A stretch of DNA of 63,473 nt, filler included, from Octopus bimaculoides (taxonomy: Eukaryota): assembly GCF_001194135.2 (NCBI RefSeq). It is 5 parts of 5 records of this genome, joined end to end, with 100 filler letters (N's around TTAATTAATTAA, not from the genome) between each part and the next. Parts side by side here need not be neighbours in the genome. Positions count along the whole stretch, not along the records: positions 1 to 21,462 come from NC_068990.1; positions 21,563 to 42,542 come from NC_068987.1; 3 more parts are not named here. One strand, given 5' to 3'. The notes under the pieces were generated by a model, which was not told the DNA's origin, searched no databases, and worked only from the letters and a program-made list of their open reading frames with translations. Every line of letters begins with the position of its first letter. Position 1 is the first letter of the stretch. A program made the translations under genes and the position numbers. This document shows, in pieces, positions 12,846 through 25,309 of the stretch.

Positions 12846-13419
12846 AGGTGGAGAGAGGAGCATGTGGGCAGATGTCATGTGGATGATTGGATAGACATTT
12901 GAATGAACAAACACCTATTTAATTATTTGTATATGTGCTGAATATATTTAATATTTAGACACATATAATATAAATGCATATATTGTGCATTTTTTGCACA
13001 CATAAGCACACACAAGCACTAATATTACTCTACACTGAAAAGAATAAGTACTGATGCAAGCCTCTAGACATTGTCCTCAAAAGTAACAACACACACCTTC
13101 AAATTCACCTGTTGCTATAAAATATGGTCTATTTATTATTTGGTTTATCAATCAATTACTATCAGAGATTTGGATTTAGCAAAATGTTTGGATCCCATTA
13201 ATAAAATAATGTCAATAATATTTGCACATGCCAATCCCGCTACATATAAAAATGGTGGTTTAGCAATACAAAGGAACTGACATTGAAGTTTTCTCTTAAA
13301 GCATAATTTATTCTAAAGAGCAGTATTAAATATAAAATGCCATTTGAACACTAATGAAGGATTCATTTGGACTGGACTGAACATAGGCAGTGTTTAAAAA
13401 ATATATGCTCAAATAGTCT

Positions 13420-13627
13420 TTTCTACAGGCACAAGGCCCAAAATTTTTGGAAGGGAGCTAGTCAATTTGATTGACCCCAGTACACAACTGGTACTTAATT
13501 CATGAACCCCGAAAGGATGAAAGATAAAGTCAACTTCAGTGGAATTTGAACTCAGAACATAAAGACGGACGAAATACCGTTAAACATTTCACCTGGCATG
13601 CTAACGTTTCTGCCAGCTGGCCACCTT
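13420..13627 (-). mobile_element. SINE family B, complete
   Basis: ggcacaaggccc...gaccccagtacacaactggtactta...gaaaggatgaaagataaagtcaacttc...gctaacgtttctgccagctggcc. Confidence 0.85.
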
Positions 13628-13680
13628 AATGTATGTCCAAATATTAAATTGTTTTGTTGCATATGAGGGCCTACAGCATG

Positions 13681-13712
<32 letters not shown>

Positions 13713-15639
13713 ATCTATCTGTACAATCACTATATTCACTATCGCTATCCATGTCTGTCACTATCTATCTGTTTATCTATCTGTCTATCCATCTATCTGC
13801 ACTATCATTACCCATTTGTCCTATCAGTATCTATGTCTACTACCACTATCAATCAATCAATCAATCTATGTTATCATTGTGAATTCACTTTCCAAATTGA
13901 TAGATTATTATGCCCTAAGTCCTTCCTCATTGGGAAATACTTCTCACATTATCTGGTGTCCATATGTGCCTTTTCCATTTGATTTCCACAGTTAGATGCC
14001 TTTCCTTTCAGCAACCACTTTACACAGTATACTGAAAGCATTTTCTTGTGGTACCAACATTAGATAGGTTGATAAGTCCTCAGTAAGATGGAACTATAAA
14101 GACTTTACAACATTATGCTTTCTCTGTTCATTTACAATCTACTTTACTGAGTATATATTTTGTAACACCAATGTGAATATGTGAAGAACAAAAGGAAGGA
14201 AAAGAGATAGATACATCCATCCATACCTGCACACACAAATCATACCCACATAGAAACAACTATATTTAAACACCAGATGTTATGAAATACTCACAGAGCA
14301 GACACACACACTTGTACACACATATATACAACACACTAAACAAAGCTATACATTCATACAAGCCAGGAAACAAAATCATTTAAATATAAATGCAAACATT
14401 AATACAATCAGATAAACATCTCATCACACATACAAATAAATATTGATTCTAAAATAGTCACGTATTCCAATAGATAAGCAGATAGAGAGAGAAACCTATA
14501 TTCTTTAAGTCACACACACACACAAACATGACACTTCAACTGTATGCAAATTTACAAAACTACAGAGCCAAAACCTTAAGGTAGGAAATACACAAAGGCT
14601 GCAGGATTTTAATAGGAATTGAACCAAAACTGAAAGGTCATTTGGAAAGACAGTTGTTCAATCATTAATTCATAATGGCAAGCTAATTTAACTGAAGAAA
14701 AATAGATCAAAACTGTTGAAAAGTACACAGTTAAGATTAGTTCACTGATCGATCGACCAACAAAATATGTCTATTGATCATCTGGTTGGTCGATCAATTG
14801 ATTGATTGATCAGTTAGACTGATTAAGATAATCACTGAGGTAAAATTTTGCACATATGGATTTCTAGAGAGAAGAGGAGAGACAAAGGAGCATGTATAGA
14901 GAAAAGAAGAGGACGTGTGCATGTATGTGTAGTGAAACAATTGATTTATTGGAGTATGCTGATATTATGTAATTGAGTTGACAGCAAATATTAACTGACT
15001 TATTTCACTATCATTCAACTGGAACTTTTAGTATAACCTACAATTTTAGCTGGTAACAAACTCCCTTATACCCACTCCAATTTTTTCTCATTTCCTTTTA
15101 CATTTCTTGATAATTTTGAAACTTTTACAAAACAAAAAAATAAAACAGAAATAGTAAAATATCTATAATGTTCACATTTATCAATCTTGAAATATATTCT
15201 GAATATAATATGGCCATGTCTTTGAGTTAAGGTATAAGTTTAAATACTGACATTGTTGGATGGCTCCAGAGTGGCAAACAGCTCAATTTAGTATCTTCTG
15301 ACTTCCCCTAAGGTCTGCACTATCACCTGCTAGTATTTCCTCTACTCTCTCACTATATTAAAATATTTCTTCACTCACCAAGACATTTCCTATTTACATT
15401 ATTACAATGATGTTATCTCTCTCTTCTTCTACCTAGGTTTTTCAACCTTCTGTCTGTTCTTTATTTTTATTACCTAACTACACACACATATGTAGAAAAC
15501 CATAGCTATCACTTGCAAGCAAACATGATTAATTGGCATGTACCATGCTTTCACCAACTGTTTTTGGTGCTTATGTAGTCACAAGCAGACACTGGCACTC
15601 TTGCCTTGTCTGTAGAATAGGATTGACAGCTGGTAGGAA

Positions 15640-15695
15640 AGCGGACTCAGTACTCAGCTGATACTCATTTCAGCTGAGTAGACTGGAGCAACTGG
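15640..15695 (-). mobile_element. Fragment of CORE-type SINE
   Basis: actcatttcagctgagtagactggagcaac matches the reverse complement of the core in 60667-60950. Confidence 0.5.
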
Positions 15696-17344
15696 AACCA
15701 TAGAAAAGTAAAGGTATATAGGCTTGTATACATCAGAATTGTTGGTGAATTTCAGAAAGTATGGCACATATAAGGTTAGAATAATATCCTAATTAAGCAA
15801 CAAGTAATGTATTTGTTGAGTATATTTAGTAGAAAGCATTATGTGTGAATATGGATGTATGAGTATGTGTAAGTGAGTGTGTGAATGGAAATATATGATT
15901 ATGAGCATATAGGACTGTAAATTCATTTCCTGATTAGACAAAGTACCAGATTGAAGTAACATAAATTCATCTTGATGTGGACTCTAATTAAGTGAAGTTT
16001 AAGGGGGTAGAAATAGTAGTAGAGACTGTGTTGATGATAGAACTATTTCTATAATATGGCTACTACTACAATTTTTATAGTAGTATTAGTAGTAGTGGTG
16101 CTTATAGCATCATAATCAGGAACTGGTGATATAGAGAAAGGCATTTTGGAGGGTATATGCATATATGCAGGCACACACACACACAGAAAACATTGTGTGC
16201 CTATGTGTGTGTGTGTGTGTATTTATACATAGCCCAACACACACACACACACACACACACACAGAATTTCTAATAACAGTAATAACTGTTCCATGTTGAT
16301 AATGGATGAGATGTTGTGATTGGTTTTAATTATGGCAGTGATGTCATTAAGATGCATTAGCTGACAATAACAGTGGCACTTATGAAAATATCTTGGACTG
16401 TTTGGAAAAGTGGTCATTTCCTTCACTGAAATGTAGGGTTATTGAGGAAGACCTCAGCAGGAAATTTTCGATTTTCATAACCATATTTTCTTTCCATACT
16501 GATTATTCATGAATTGTGTTTGTTGTTAAAGCTTTTGCTTTTGTTGTTGCAGTTGTTTTGGTTACAATTATTGTTTGTATTAATTTTACATTACAGTTTT
16601 TATAGTAAAATTCTGTTAAAATCAGGGTTCTCAAATATAATTAGAATGAATTCAATTAAGATGTTTTCTTCTTCATTGCTTCAAACTTTTTCTTCTTATT
16701 TTTTTTTAGCTTTGCTGTTCTTGTTTTACTTTTTCTTCTTTTTTTTTTTTTTTAGCTTTGCTGTTCTTGTTTTACCTTTTCTATCATCCTCTACTTGTAG
16801 CAAATTTCTCTAATAAAATCAAAACCAATTAATTCAATTGCTGCCAATGACTGTGTCCCGACAAGGTTGCATTAGCATTTAGAATTCTATGGAGACAGAC
16901 AAAATCTCAGAGAAATGGAAACAAGTAAAAAAAATTTTTAAATATGGTAAATTGCATAAATGCTTTAGAAAAGTATATATTTATTGACAGGGTCATTAGT
17001 TTTTTATAACATTTTATAATATCAGGAAAATTTATTTTTAAAACAAAGCTAAAAACAACAGCCAAACCAAGAGGGAAGGAGATAAAAGTATTTTGTGTTT
17101 CATAAAGCAATATAATAGTGTAATAAAAAAGTGATAAAGAATACATAAAAATATGTAGAATGAGGGGGAAATAATTTTAGAATCAAAAGGCAAGCAAATA
17201 TAGAATAAGGACTGTACCACAGCTGTTTAGCTAAGTACCAGCTAGAAATTTTTACTATCAATAAACCTTAAATAAGCTTCAGGCTCAAATATTTAACGAG
17301 TGTAAATGAAAACAACATCATTGTTTATTTAATGATCATTTTCA

Positions 17345-17580
17345 GGATCTGACAAGCTGGGGGACTGCACCAAACTTCTATTGTCTGCATTAGCATGGCA
17401 TCTATAGCTGGATACCCTTCCTAATGCCAAGCACTTTACAGAGTGTATTGAATGCTTTTTAGAATAGCACTGGCACTAGTTAGGTCACCAAGTAACTCAT
17501 GAGACAAGACTTTCCATCTGAGGTGGAAGTGATTTTGTGTCAGGTGACGAGAAGTTAAAGTATGATAGAGGGACACAAAC
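17345..17580 (-). mobile_element. 3' UTR fragment of an RTE-type LINE
   Basis: ggactgcacca...gctggatacccttcctaatgccaa...agagtgtattg; recognised from memory as an octopus RTE 3' UTR motif. Confidence 0.5.
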
Positions 17581-18624
17581 AGATATCTTGCAGTAGAGGA
17601 GATATATGGTTACACTAGCATCAGAGATCCTTCTGAAAATTTCCAGTGCTATTATTAGCCCTTTTGTTATCCTGTTTCCATTGAAATACATTGCTTTATT
17701 TCAATTAATTTCAAAAATGATGAAGAATTTATTAAAATAGTTTTGTTATTGTTCAGCTAATGTTCAGAATATAAATTAGCATGAAATTATGATGGAATAT
17801 TTCAATTAAGGTCACAATAAAAATAAGAAATTTCTATCATAAAACAAGAGCAGATTGATATGAAAAGAGTTTAAAGGTGGTTTGGTTAATAAAATAGTAA
17901 AATAAACTGAATAACTAAATATGAGAAACACAAGAAATAGTCAATATTAAAGAGTCATTAACTGTTGTTTGTTAAACACATATACACATATGTTCCTATA
18001 GGTAAGAAAACCATAGCTGTTGATAAATATAGCAATATTGCAGGAGTGATTGATAACATCACACATTTATGGACATTCAAAATACAATGATTAATGTAGA
18101 ATGAATTACCGTTCGATATATTAAATACAGCATGACAAAATGGGGAATAACTGTATCACAATACATCTTTACAAAAAATGAATCGATTTGTTAAAAATAC
18201 AAGAAATTCTTGTTCAATAAATACATATTTCAAGACAATTCCTTTCTATTCTTGTTTTGTTTTAAGAACTCTGACCACAAAGTTAATTCAAACTGACTGA
18301 AATTTTTCACAGGTAATAACCATAACATTTTAAGCATAACAACATTGAACCTTAGTTTTAGTGTAATAAAGTGAACATACTAAGAAGACTGCATAAGAAA
18401 GTAAAGGAATCTAACAATTAGTATATTCCATCAGTAAGTAAATACTAGCAGATATGATAAAAAGTCATAAATGCAGATTATTGTCATATGAATAGAAGGG
18501 GATGTCACAGAGAGACATATTACAAGATAACAGACTTAAACTTAGGTCTGTTACGAGCCCTAGGACTCACAAGGCTGGAGTTTAACTCCAATTCTATAGT
18601 ATATAAATGATTGAAATAAAACAC

Positions 18625-18824
18625 TAACCTGTGAACAGGATGCCAGTCTGTCTCAAGATTAACTTTCCAGTTATTGCTGGAACTCATTCACAGTTGAGTG
18701 GACTGGGGTTATGTGAAATGATGTGTTTTGCTTGAAAAAACAAAACTGCCTGGTCTGGGAATCAAAACCCCAGTTTTATTGATCATGAGTGCAACGCACT
18801 AACCACTAGGTTACATACCTTCAC
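18625..18824 (-). mobile_element. tRNA-derived CORE-type SINE
   Basis: Minus strand: gtgaaggtatgtaacctagtggttagtgcgttgcac (A box), ttgattcccagacc (decayed B box), cagtccactcaactgtgaatgag (core). Confidence 0.7.
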
Positions 18825-18906
18825 TCAAAGGAGAACCTTCACTCAAAGGAGAACCTTTACTCAGAGGAGAACCTTCACTCAAAGGAGTACCTTCACTCAG
18901 AGGAGA
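18817..18906 (+). repeat. Minisatellite, 5 copies of an 18-bp unit (ACCTTCACTCAAAGGAGA)
   Basis: Copies start at 18817, 18835, 18853, 18871 and 18889 with 0-2 substitutions each. Confidence 0.95.
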
Positions 18907-19624
18907 AACAGAACAAAAACCTAAATCCTTTTGCATTCCATTGTATTTGATTTCTTTCTACTTATTCCTTCTCTCCACTTTTTGCTATTCTTCTCCTCAC
19001 CTCTGCTTCTCATTGTTTCTTTTATAATCTTCCTTCCATTTTTTTTGTCCTTCTCTATCTTCAGCCTTTTTTTTACATTAATAATAGTAAGAAGTGGTAG
19101 AAAGAAGAAAATACCTATGAAAGCTAAAAGTACTAAATAAAAATGGAGTAAGCTAAAAAGTGGGTTGTTATGTCAGCCATAGAAGCTAAACAAGTAAAAT
19201 AACACATCAAAGGAAATAACAGAAAACCATGCAAATTCTTGAAAGAGGAATAAATGCCCAGGGAGACTTATTGGACATTCTTCTTATTTGCTTAATATAT
19301 ACAATCTAGCATGTAGGATGCATTTATATGAGCAATGGGCACTAATGAATCTTATTTTCGTTAATGTATAGTGTAATAAGATAACAGGATAATGCTGTTA
19401 GTTGGAGAGGTTGGGAAGGTAAAGGAGGTGGAGGAAATACAGTAAATGAATAAATTAATGGAAATTAAAGAAGTGAAGAACAAGATAAGAAAAGGTGAAA
19501 AATATTTTAGAAATTTTTTTTTAAGAAATCTCAAAATTGCTTGAAGAAAACATTTTTAAAAAGCTTAATAATGTTTTTTTCTGGAACAATTTACAAAATT
19601 TCAAAATAATTCTAAGAATCTCAG

Positions 19625-19860
19625 TTGCCTGAGATATGCTTGAGATACACATCATCATCTGCAGTAGCACCACTGGACAGAATTTGTTGAGGTAAATTTT
19701 TTCATGGCGGATGCCTTTCCTGTGGCCAAACCTTGCTTGTTTGTCAGTAAGGTAATATTTTCCCATGGCCAGACATGTTTTCATGGCAGACTGAAAATAG
19801 AGGACAGCATCTGTATGACACAGGCACACTTTGCAACTATCATGTGATGTGGAAACAAGG
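19625..19860. mobile_element. Degenerate dispersed repeat, probably RTE-related 3' region
   Basis: ggcggatgcctttcctgtggccaaacc resembles the gctggatacccttcctaatgccaa motif at about 17405. Confidence 0.35.
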
Positions 19861-19904
19861 AGGTACTAATACACACTACTCACACGCATATGCAGACACA
19901 TATG

Positions 19905-20120
19905 GAGGTGCATGAGTGGCTGTGTGGTAAGATGACTGCTTCCCAGCTCCTTGTGGGCAATAAAGAAATAAGAAGACTGCTTCCCAACCACATGGTTCTG
20001 GTTTCAGTCTCACTATGTGGCTCCTTGGGCAAGTGTCTTCTACTATAGCCAAAGGTGGACCAAAGCCTTGTGAGTGGATTTGGCAGACAGAAACTGAAAG
20101 AATCCTATCATGTGTATGTG
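19905..20120 (+). mobile_element. SINE family A head with short internal duplication, followed by a mariner
   Basis: gagtggctgtgtggtaag...ccacatggttctggtttcagtc...ccttgggcaagtgtcttctactatagcc; gactgcttccca occurs twice. Confidence 0.8.
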
Positions 20121-20132
20121 TGTAAATATATA

Positions 20133-21375
20133 TTAGGTCATCCCATAAATAATGCATTTTTTTATACTTTTTATTTTTCAAAATTAAAGTAAACAGTACT
20201 TTTTAATCTAAAATATACTCTCCTTCATTTTCCACCATGCTCTTCCATCTATCTGGTAGAGCAGCAAGGACCCTCTTCCAAAATTCACTTGCCTGTGACG
20301 AAAAATACTCCACCAATACTGTTCTGACCTTATCTAGAGAATTCATACAGTTTCCCTCCAAATAATTCTGAAGACTGCAGAATAAATGATAATCAGATGG
20401 GGCAGTGTCCAGTGAATGTTGTGGTGGGGCATTGTTTCCTATTCAAACTGTTCCAGCTTTTGGATTGTCATCCATGCTGTAAGTGGCCAAGCATTATCTT
20501 GATGGAAGAACACTTTTCATCTTGAAACTACCTCTCAAGCTACTCACAGTAGATTTCCATTGTTTGGTTTGGGTTTAAAAGTTCAAAAGTGGACTAAACT
20601 TTTCCTATCCTACCAAACAGATGACAGCACCTTACATGGGTGAAGACCTTCTTTAGCCTGGGATGCCAGTGTTTCTCCTTTCCCTACTCACTGTCTTTTG
20701 GTGCTTGACGTTTTTATAGAGAACCCATTTCTCATCACCTGTCACTATTCAGTCCCAAAAAGGTTCATTCGTGGGACAGCAAAGAAGACACACATTCACT
20801 CTCTGTATGTGATTAGACTTGGAAAGTTTGTGAGGAACCCATTGATTAAATTTGCTGAATTTTTCAATGGCACACAGGTGTCAATGATTGGTTGAATGAC
20901 CAAATCCAAGCTTCTCTCCTAGTTCCTCAACAGTTATGATAGGATTTTTTTCCACCAGGGTTTGCAGGATATCCTCATGGAGCTCTACAGATCTTTCAGG
21001 ACAAGGCTCATCTTCTAGGCTTTTGTTTCTAGCTCAGAATTTCTGGAACAACCGTTGACATTGGCTTATGCTTATTGTGTGAACCCCATATACTGCATTA
21101 ATATTCCTCAAACTTTCCGTTGCATTGTTGGCTTTATTGAACTCATAAAGTAAAATATGTCAAATATGCCCCCTTGTCACTTCCATTATAGCTTTGAAAA
21201 AATAATTGTTAAAATTGAACTGCACTCTTCAAAACTTGCAATAAGAATAAGAACAAGGTAAAATTACTACCTGCTTTTATTACAAGTTGATGCCGGTAGT
21301 TTATCCTGACGCCCCCCCCCCCAGAATTTTAGTTTGTGCAATTGAAAAAACTGCATTATCTATAGGATAACCCAA
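20133..21375 (-). mobile_element. Full-length mariner (about 1.24 kb); transposase pseudogene 21186-20203
   Basis: TIRs ttaggtcatcccataaataatgc / gcattatctataggataacccaa with TA on both sides; motifs WVPHKL, IVTGDEKW, HQDNA, PSDYHLF; several stops and frameshifts. Confidence 0.92.
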
Positions 21376-21377
21376 TA

Positions 21378-21462
21378 TCATCATCATCATCATCGTTTAA
21401 CGTCCGCTTTCCATGCTAGCATGGATTGGACGATTTGACTGAGGACTGGTGAAACCGGATGG
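21378..21462 (-). mobile_element. 3' end of an RTE-X-like LINE with (GAT)n tail, running into a gap
   Basis: catcatcatcatcgtttaacgtccgctttccatgctagcatgg. Confidence 0.65.
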
Positions 21463-21562
21463 NNNNNNNNNNNNNNNNNNNNNNNNNNNNNNNNNNNNNN
21501 NNNNNNTTAATTAATTAANNNNNNNNNNNNNNNNNNNNNNNNNNNNNNNNNNNNNNNNNNNN
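21463..21562. other. Artificial assembly spacer N44-TTAATTAATTAA-N44
   Basis: Identical 100-nt structure at 21463, 42543, 55636 and 60567; the 12-mer has stops in all six frames. Confidence 0.95.
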
Positions 21563-22008
21563 ACTGACGGAGTAGTAGTAATAGAATATATATATGTATA
21601 TATATATATATATATACGTACACCCACATACACGTATACATACGCGTGCGCCGCAGATGCAGTTTGACTAAAGCTTTAATAAGTTCACTGAGTAAGCACG
21701 AGGTGATTAGTTCGATTTCACAGCATAACATTTGACCGAGAATTATTATTTCAATAGATATGGGTCGACCTACGTCATGTGAGTGACTCTTGTTAAAGCG
21801 AAACTGTAGAAGCCCGTCGAATAGATTGCACCTTTAATGTAATAGTTCACATATGTTACGCTGATTTTTATCTGAGAAGTAGATTAGGTTGCTCGTACTT
21901 GTCAAATACTCAGCTATTTGCAGGCTAGGGAAATGAGGTTGGTAGCTCAGTTGATCAAACAATTGAGAACGTTTAGAAATTCACCCCCCCACATACACAC
22001 GCGCGCAC

Positions 22009-22088
<80 letters not shown>

Positions 22089-22109
22089 CTTTCATCTTTT
22101 ATTTGTTTC

Positions 22110-22300
22110 ATCCATTAGACTGCAGTCATGCTGGGCTTGAAGAATTTTTTAGCCGGAAGAATGAGCCTCAGTACAGTATTTAAAACCTGTTACTTATCCT
22201 ATCGGTGTATCTTGAAGATCCGCTACGTAACGGGAACGTCAACAAACCAACATCCGTTGTCAAGCGGTGGTGGGGGACAAACATCGACACACCGACACAC
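22110..22300 (-). mobile_element. SINE family A tail
   Basis: gactgcagtcatgctgg...caacatccgttgtcaagcggtggtgggggacaaac. Confidence 0.75.
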
Positions 22301-23407
22301 ACACACAGAGTTATATATATATATATATATATATACATACATACATACATACATATANNNNNNNNNNNNNNNNNNNNNNNNNNNNNNNNNNNNNNNNNNN
22401 NNNNNNNNNNNNNNNNNNNNNNNNNNNNNNNNNNNNNNNNNNNNNNNNNNNNNNNNNNNNNNNNNNNNNNNNNNNNNNNNNNNNNTATATATATATATAT
22501 ATATATATACATAAACATTTACATGCAGACATATCTATTTACAAATTTATGTGCATATATAGATATAGATGGAATAGGAAATTTGACATTAGATAATCGC
22601 AAATCCTATCCAAGACACTAACAAAATATAAAAAAATATCCCATTAGATTACTTCTATATGCACACACTCAATCACTCACTCACTCACTCACTCACTCAT
22701 TCACTCACTTACTCACTCACTCACTCATCCACTCTCACTCTCTCACACACACGCACAAACTGTCAGCTGAGAAGAAATCTAATCTATGTAAAAAGCAGAA
22801 GCGAATCTGAAGCGCATTATTACCAACTGTGAGAGATTGTTATCAAATGAAGTGAATATCATAATGACGAAGTGGCAAGAACAATCTAGAATAAAATAAA
22901 GAATGACAGTATGACATCCAACAGAGACTAAAACATTGTGACCGATGAATGAAAATAGTATTGTTGGATGTTGAAAAGAAAAGAATGATCAAAATTAAAA
23001 ACACAACCAACCTGAAGTTTTTGTTTAAGATCGCAAATTTAAAGCATGATCACAGATATAGAAGTTAGCTACCTTCTTAACACAAATATTGGACATTAAA
23101 TAAATAAATAAAATACAGATGAAAGAAGACATCTATTAACTGTGGTTGAAGATTTATTTTTACTTCCTGGGTCAAGAGTAAGGGACAGTCTCCATGATTA
23201 TCGAAGGCCCTCTTTGAAGTGTTGGAATGTTGCCATCAATGTTGCTGTCGAATCTTTGTAAGTCAACACCTGCGGCAAAGACATGAGTAAGAAGAAGATT
23301 TCAGAAGGTTAATGTTCTAGGGAGAAAGGATTGGGGCTGTGGGTGGTGGTGGACACCGTATGAATAAAAAAATATGCGTATACTCACTCATACACTCATA
23401 CAGATAT

Positions 23408-23440
<33 letters not shown>

Positions 23441-23554
23441 TGTGTGTGTGTATGTATACATACAATCAAGGTGCAGAAATACTCCAAAATGTAACGTGGA
23501 CTTGGCAATTTTTTTCCTCCTTATTCCTTTTCTTTTGGATTTTTCTATGTCTCC

Positions 23555-23591
23555 TGTTTCTGAAGAAGAGCTTTGCGTGAAACGTAAAACA
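23555..23591 (+). ncRNA. Degenerate minimal hammerhead-like motif in a PLE terminal-repeat remnant (about 23540-23690)
   Basis: TGTTT-CTGAAGA-agagctttgcgt-GAA-ACGT-A-AAACA: stem I in register, ACGT palindromic stem III, stem II damaged. Confidence 0.4.
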
Positions 23592-23700
23592 ACTACTCTT
23601 TCTTTCCTTCTCTGAGCGTCTTATTAATACTTTGCATGTACTACGTCCGCGCGTTTTTTTTTGTTGTCTTTTTTCTCCGTGTTTTTTTATTAATTATATA

Positions 23701-23929
23701 TAGGCGTAGCTGTGTGGTAAGAAGCTTGCTTCTTAACCATATGGTTCTGGGTTCAGTCCCTCTGCGTGGCACCTTGGGTGAGTGTCTTCTATAGCCTCAG
23801 GTCAACCAAAGCCTTGTGAGTGGATTTGGTAGACAGAAACTGAAAGAAGTCCGTCGTATATATANNNNNNNNNNNNNNNNNNNNNNNNNNNNNNNNNNNN
23901 NNNNNNNNNNNNNNNNNNNNNNNNNNNNN

Positions 23930-23960
<31 letters not shown>

Positions 23961-24170
23961 GTTTGTGTGTCTGTGTTTGTCACCCCACCATTGCTTGACA
24001 ACCGATGTTGGTGTGTTTACGTCACCGTAACTTAGCGGTTCGGCAAAAGAGACTGATAGAATAAGTACTACGATTACAAAGAATAAGTCCTGTGGTCGAT
24101 TTGTTCGACTAAAGGCGGTGCTCCAGCATGGCCGCAGTCAAATGACTGAAACCAATAAAAGAATAAAAGT
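23701..24170 (+). mobile_element. SINE family A, full-length reference copy (head, microsatellite/gap, tail)
   Basis: A box TAGCTGTGTGG, B-box-like GGTTCAGTCC, internal (TA)n, tail ending aataaaagaataaaag. Confidence 0.9.
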
Positions 24171-24479
24171 AAAAAAGAATACACATACACATATATATAG
24201 GGTAAAAAATAAAGAAAACACATAGACAAGGTGAAAGAACAACAAATTAGGTGTATTAAGTTTAGGAAACATCAGGAAACATCGAAAAAGTCTTCTACAG
24301 AAAGGATGAGGAGAGATAAAAAAATGGAGACAAAAAAAAAGTCCCTTTCTGGGTTAAATGGTCAAAGCATGCTGAAATGACCGGAAGAGGAAGTTGGCTT
24401 GAGGTGTAGATGGCAAGGGAAACACCAGTAACCTGGCATATGTCTGTGCATGCGTGTATGAAGCTGTTGTATGCGTAAG

Positions 24480-25260
24480 TAAAAGAGCGCATGTGTGTGA
24501 GAGAAGAAGTACGTGTGTTTATGAAGCAACGTGTGTGTGTGTGTGTGTGTGTATACTCCATGTGTTTGTTCGCATGTGTACGTGTGCATTGATGTGTGCA
24601 AGTGTGTGTAACGCTATGTGACGTATGTGTTGTGCATGAGGCTATCAGACGTGTGTGTGTGACGCTATTGTATATATATGTATATTGTGTGTGTGTTTAT
24701 GCGTGTGTGTATGTGTGTGAGTGAGCGCGTGTGTGCATCCTGCTTCAGTTGGTGAGTGTATGTGATACTATCGGACAAAGTGTGTGTGTGTGAAGCTAAA
24801 GTATGCGTGTGTATAATGTATTTGTGTATGTGTGCACGTCTGTATAGACGCTTGTATGTGAGTGTGGGACTAGCTGATGTATGTGTATGAGTGTTATAAC
24901 AGGATGTCAGGTGTGTCATTCTGGATAAAGGTGTTAGGTGGAATAGAGGAGACAAAGTTGGTAGGTGTTGGGAAATGTAGATGTGTGAGTGTACACTTGC
25001 TGCTGTATGTGTGAGGATGGCTATGTAAGTGTGAGTGCTGGTGCGTGTGGAGTGTGTAGGGCTATGTGTGCATGTGTGGGTGCTTGTGCGTGTAGAATAT
25101 GAAGGAGTGTGTGTATGTGTGTGTGTGTATGTGCACGTGATTGTATAGGTGTATATATACATGCAGTTTGGACGAAAATGCGGTGCATTGAGTTGGGTTG
25201 TGATTTAAACGGTGTCTAGTAGATGTGTGTGATGTAGAGATTGAAGGGGAAGAAGGAAGG
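24480..25260. repeat. Degenerate (TG)-rich array
   Basis: Directly visible. Confidence 0.8.
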
Positions 25261-25309
25261 TGAGAGGTGTGGTGTGTAAAATTGGGTGTGGAAGGGGTTA
25301 CATGACGAG

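Noticed and set aside
14744-14815. 11-bp inverted repeat GATCGACCAAC/GTTGGTCGATC
   Set aside because: Embedded in self-complementary GATC/GATT low-complexity sequence, so pairing is expected by chance.
18817-18906. CRISPR-like array or C2H2 linker (HTGEKP) repeat
   Set aside because: Units are contiguous with no spacers, and the translations (HSKENL, LKGEPS) lack Cys/His finger spacing.
21436-21462. CTGAGGA-ctggt-GAAAC as a hammerhead
   Set aside because: Only 5 nt for stem II, and it is the antisense of a LINE 3' UTR.
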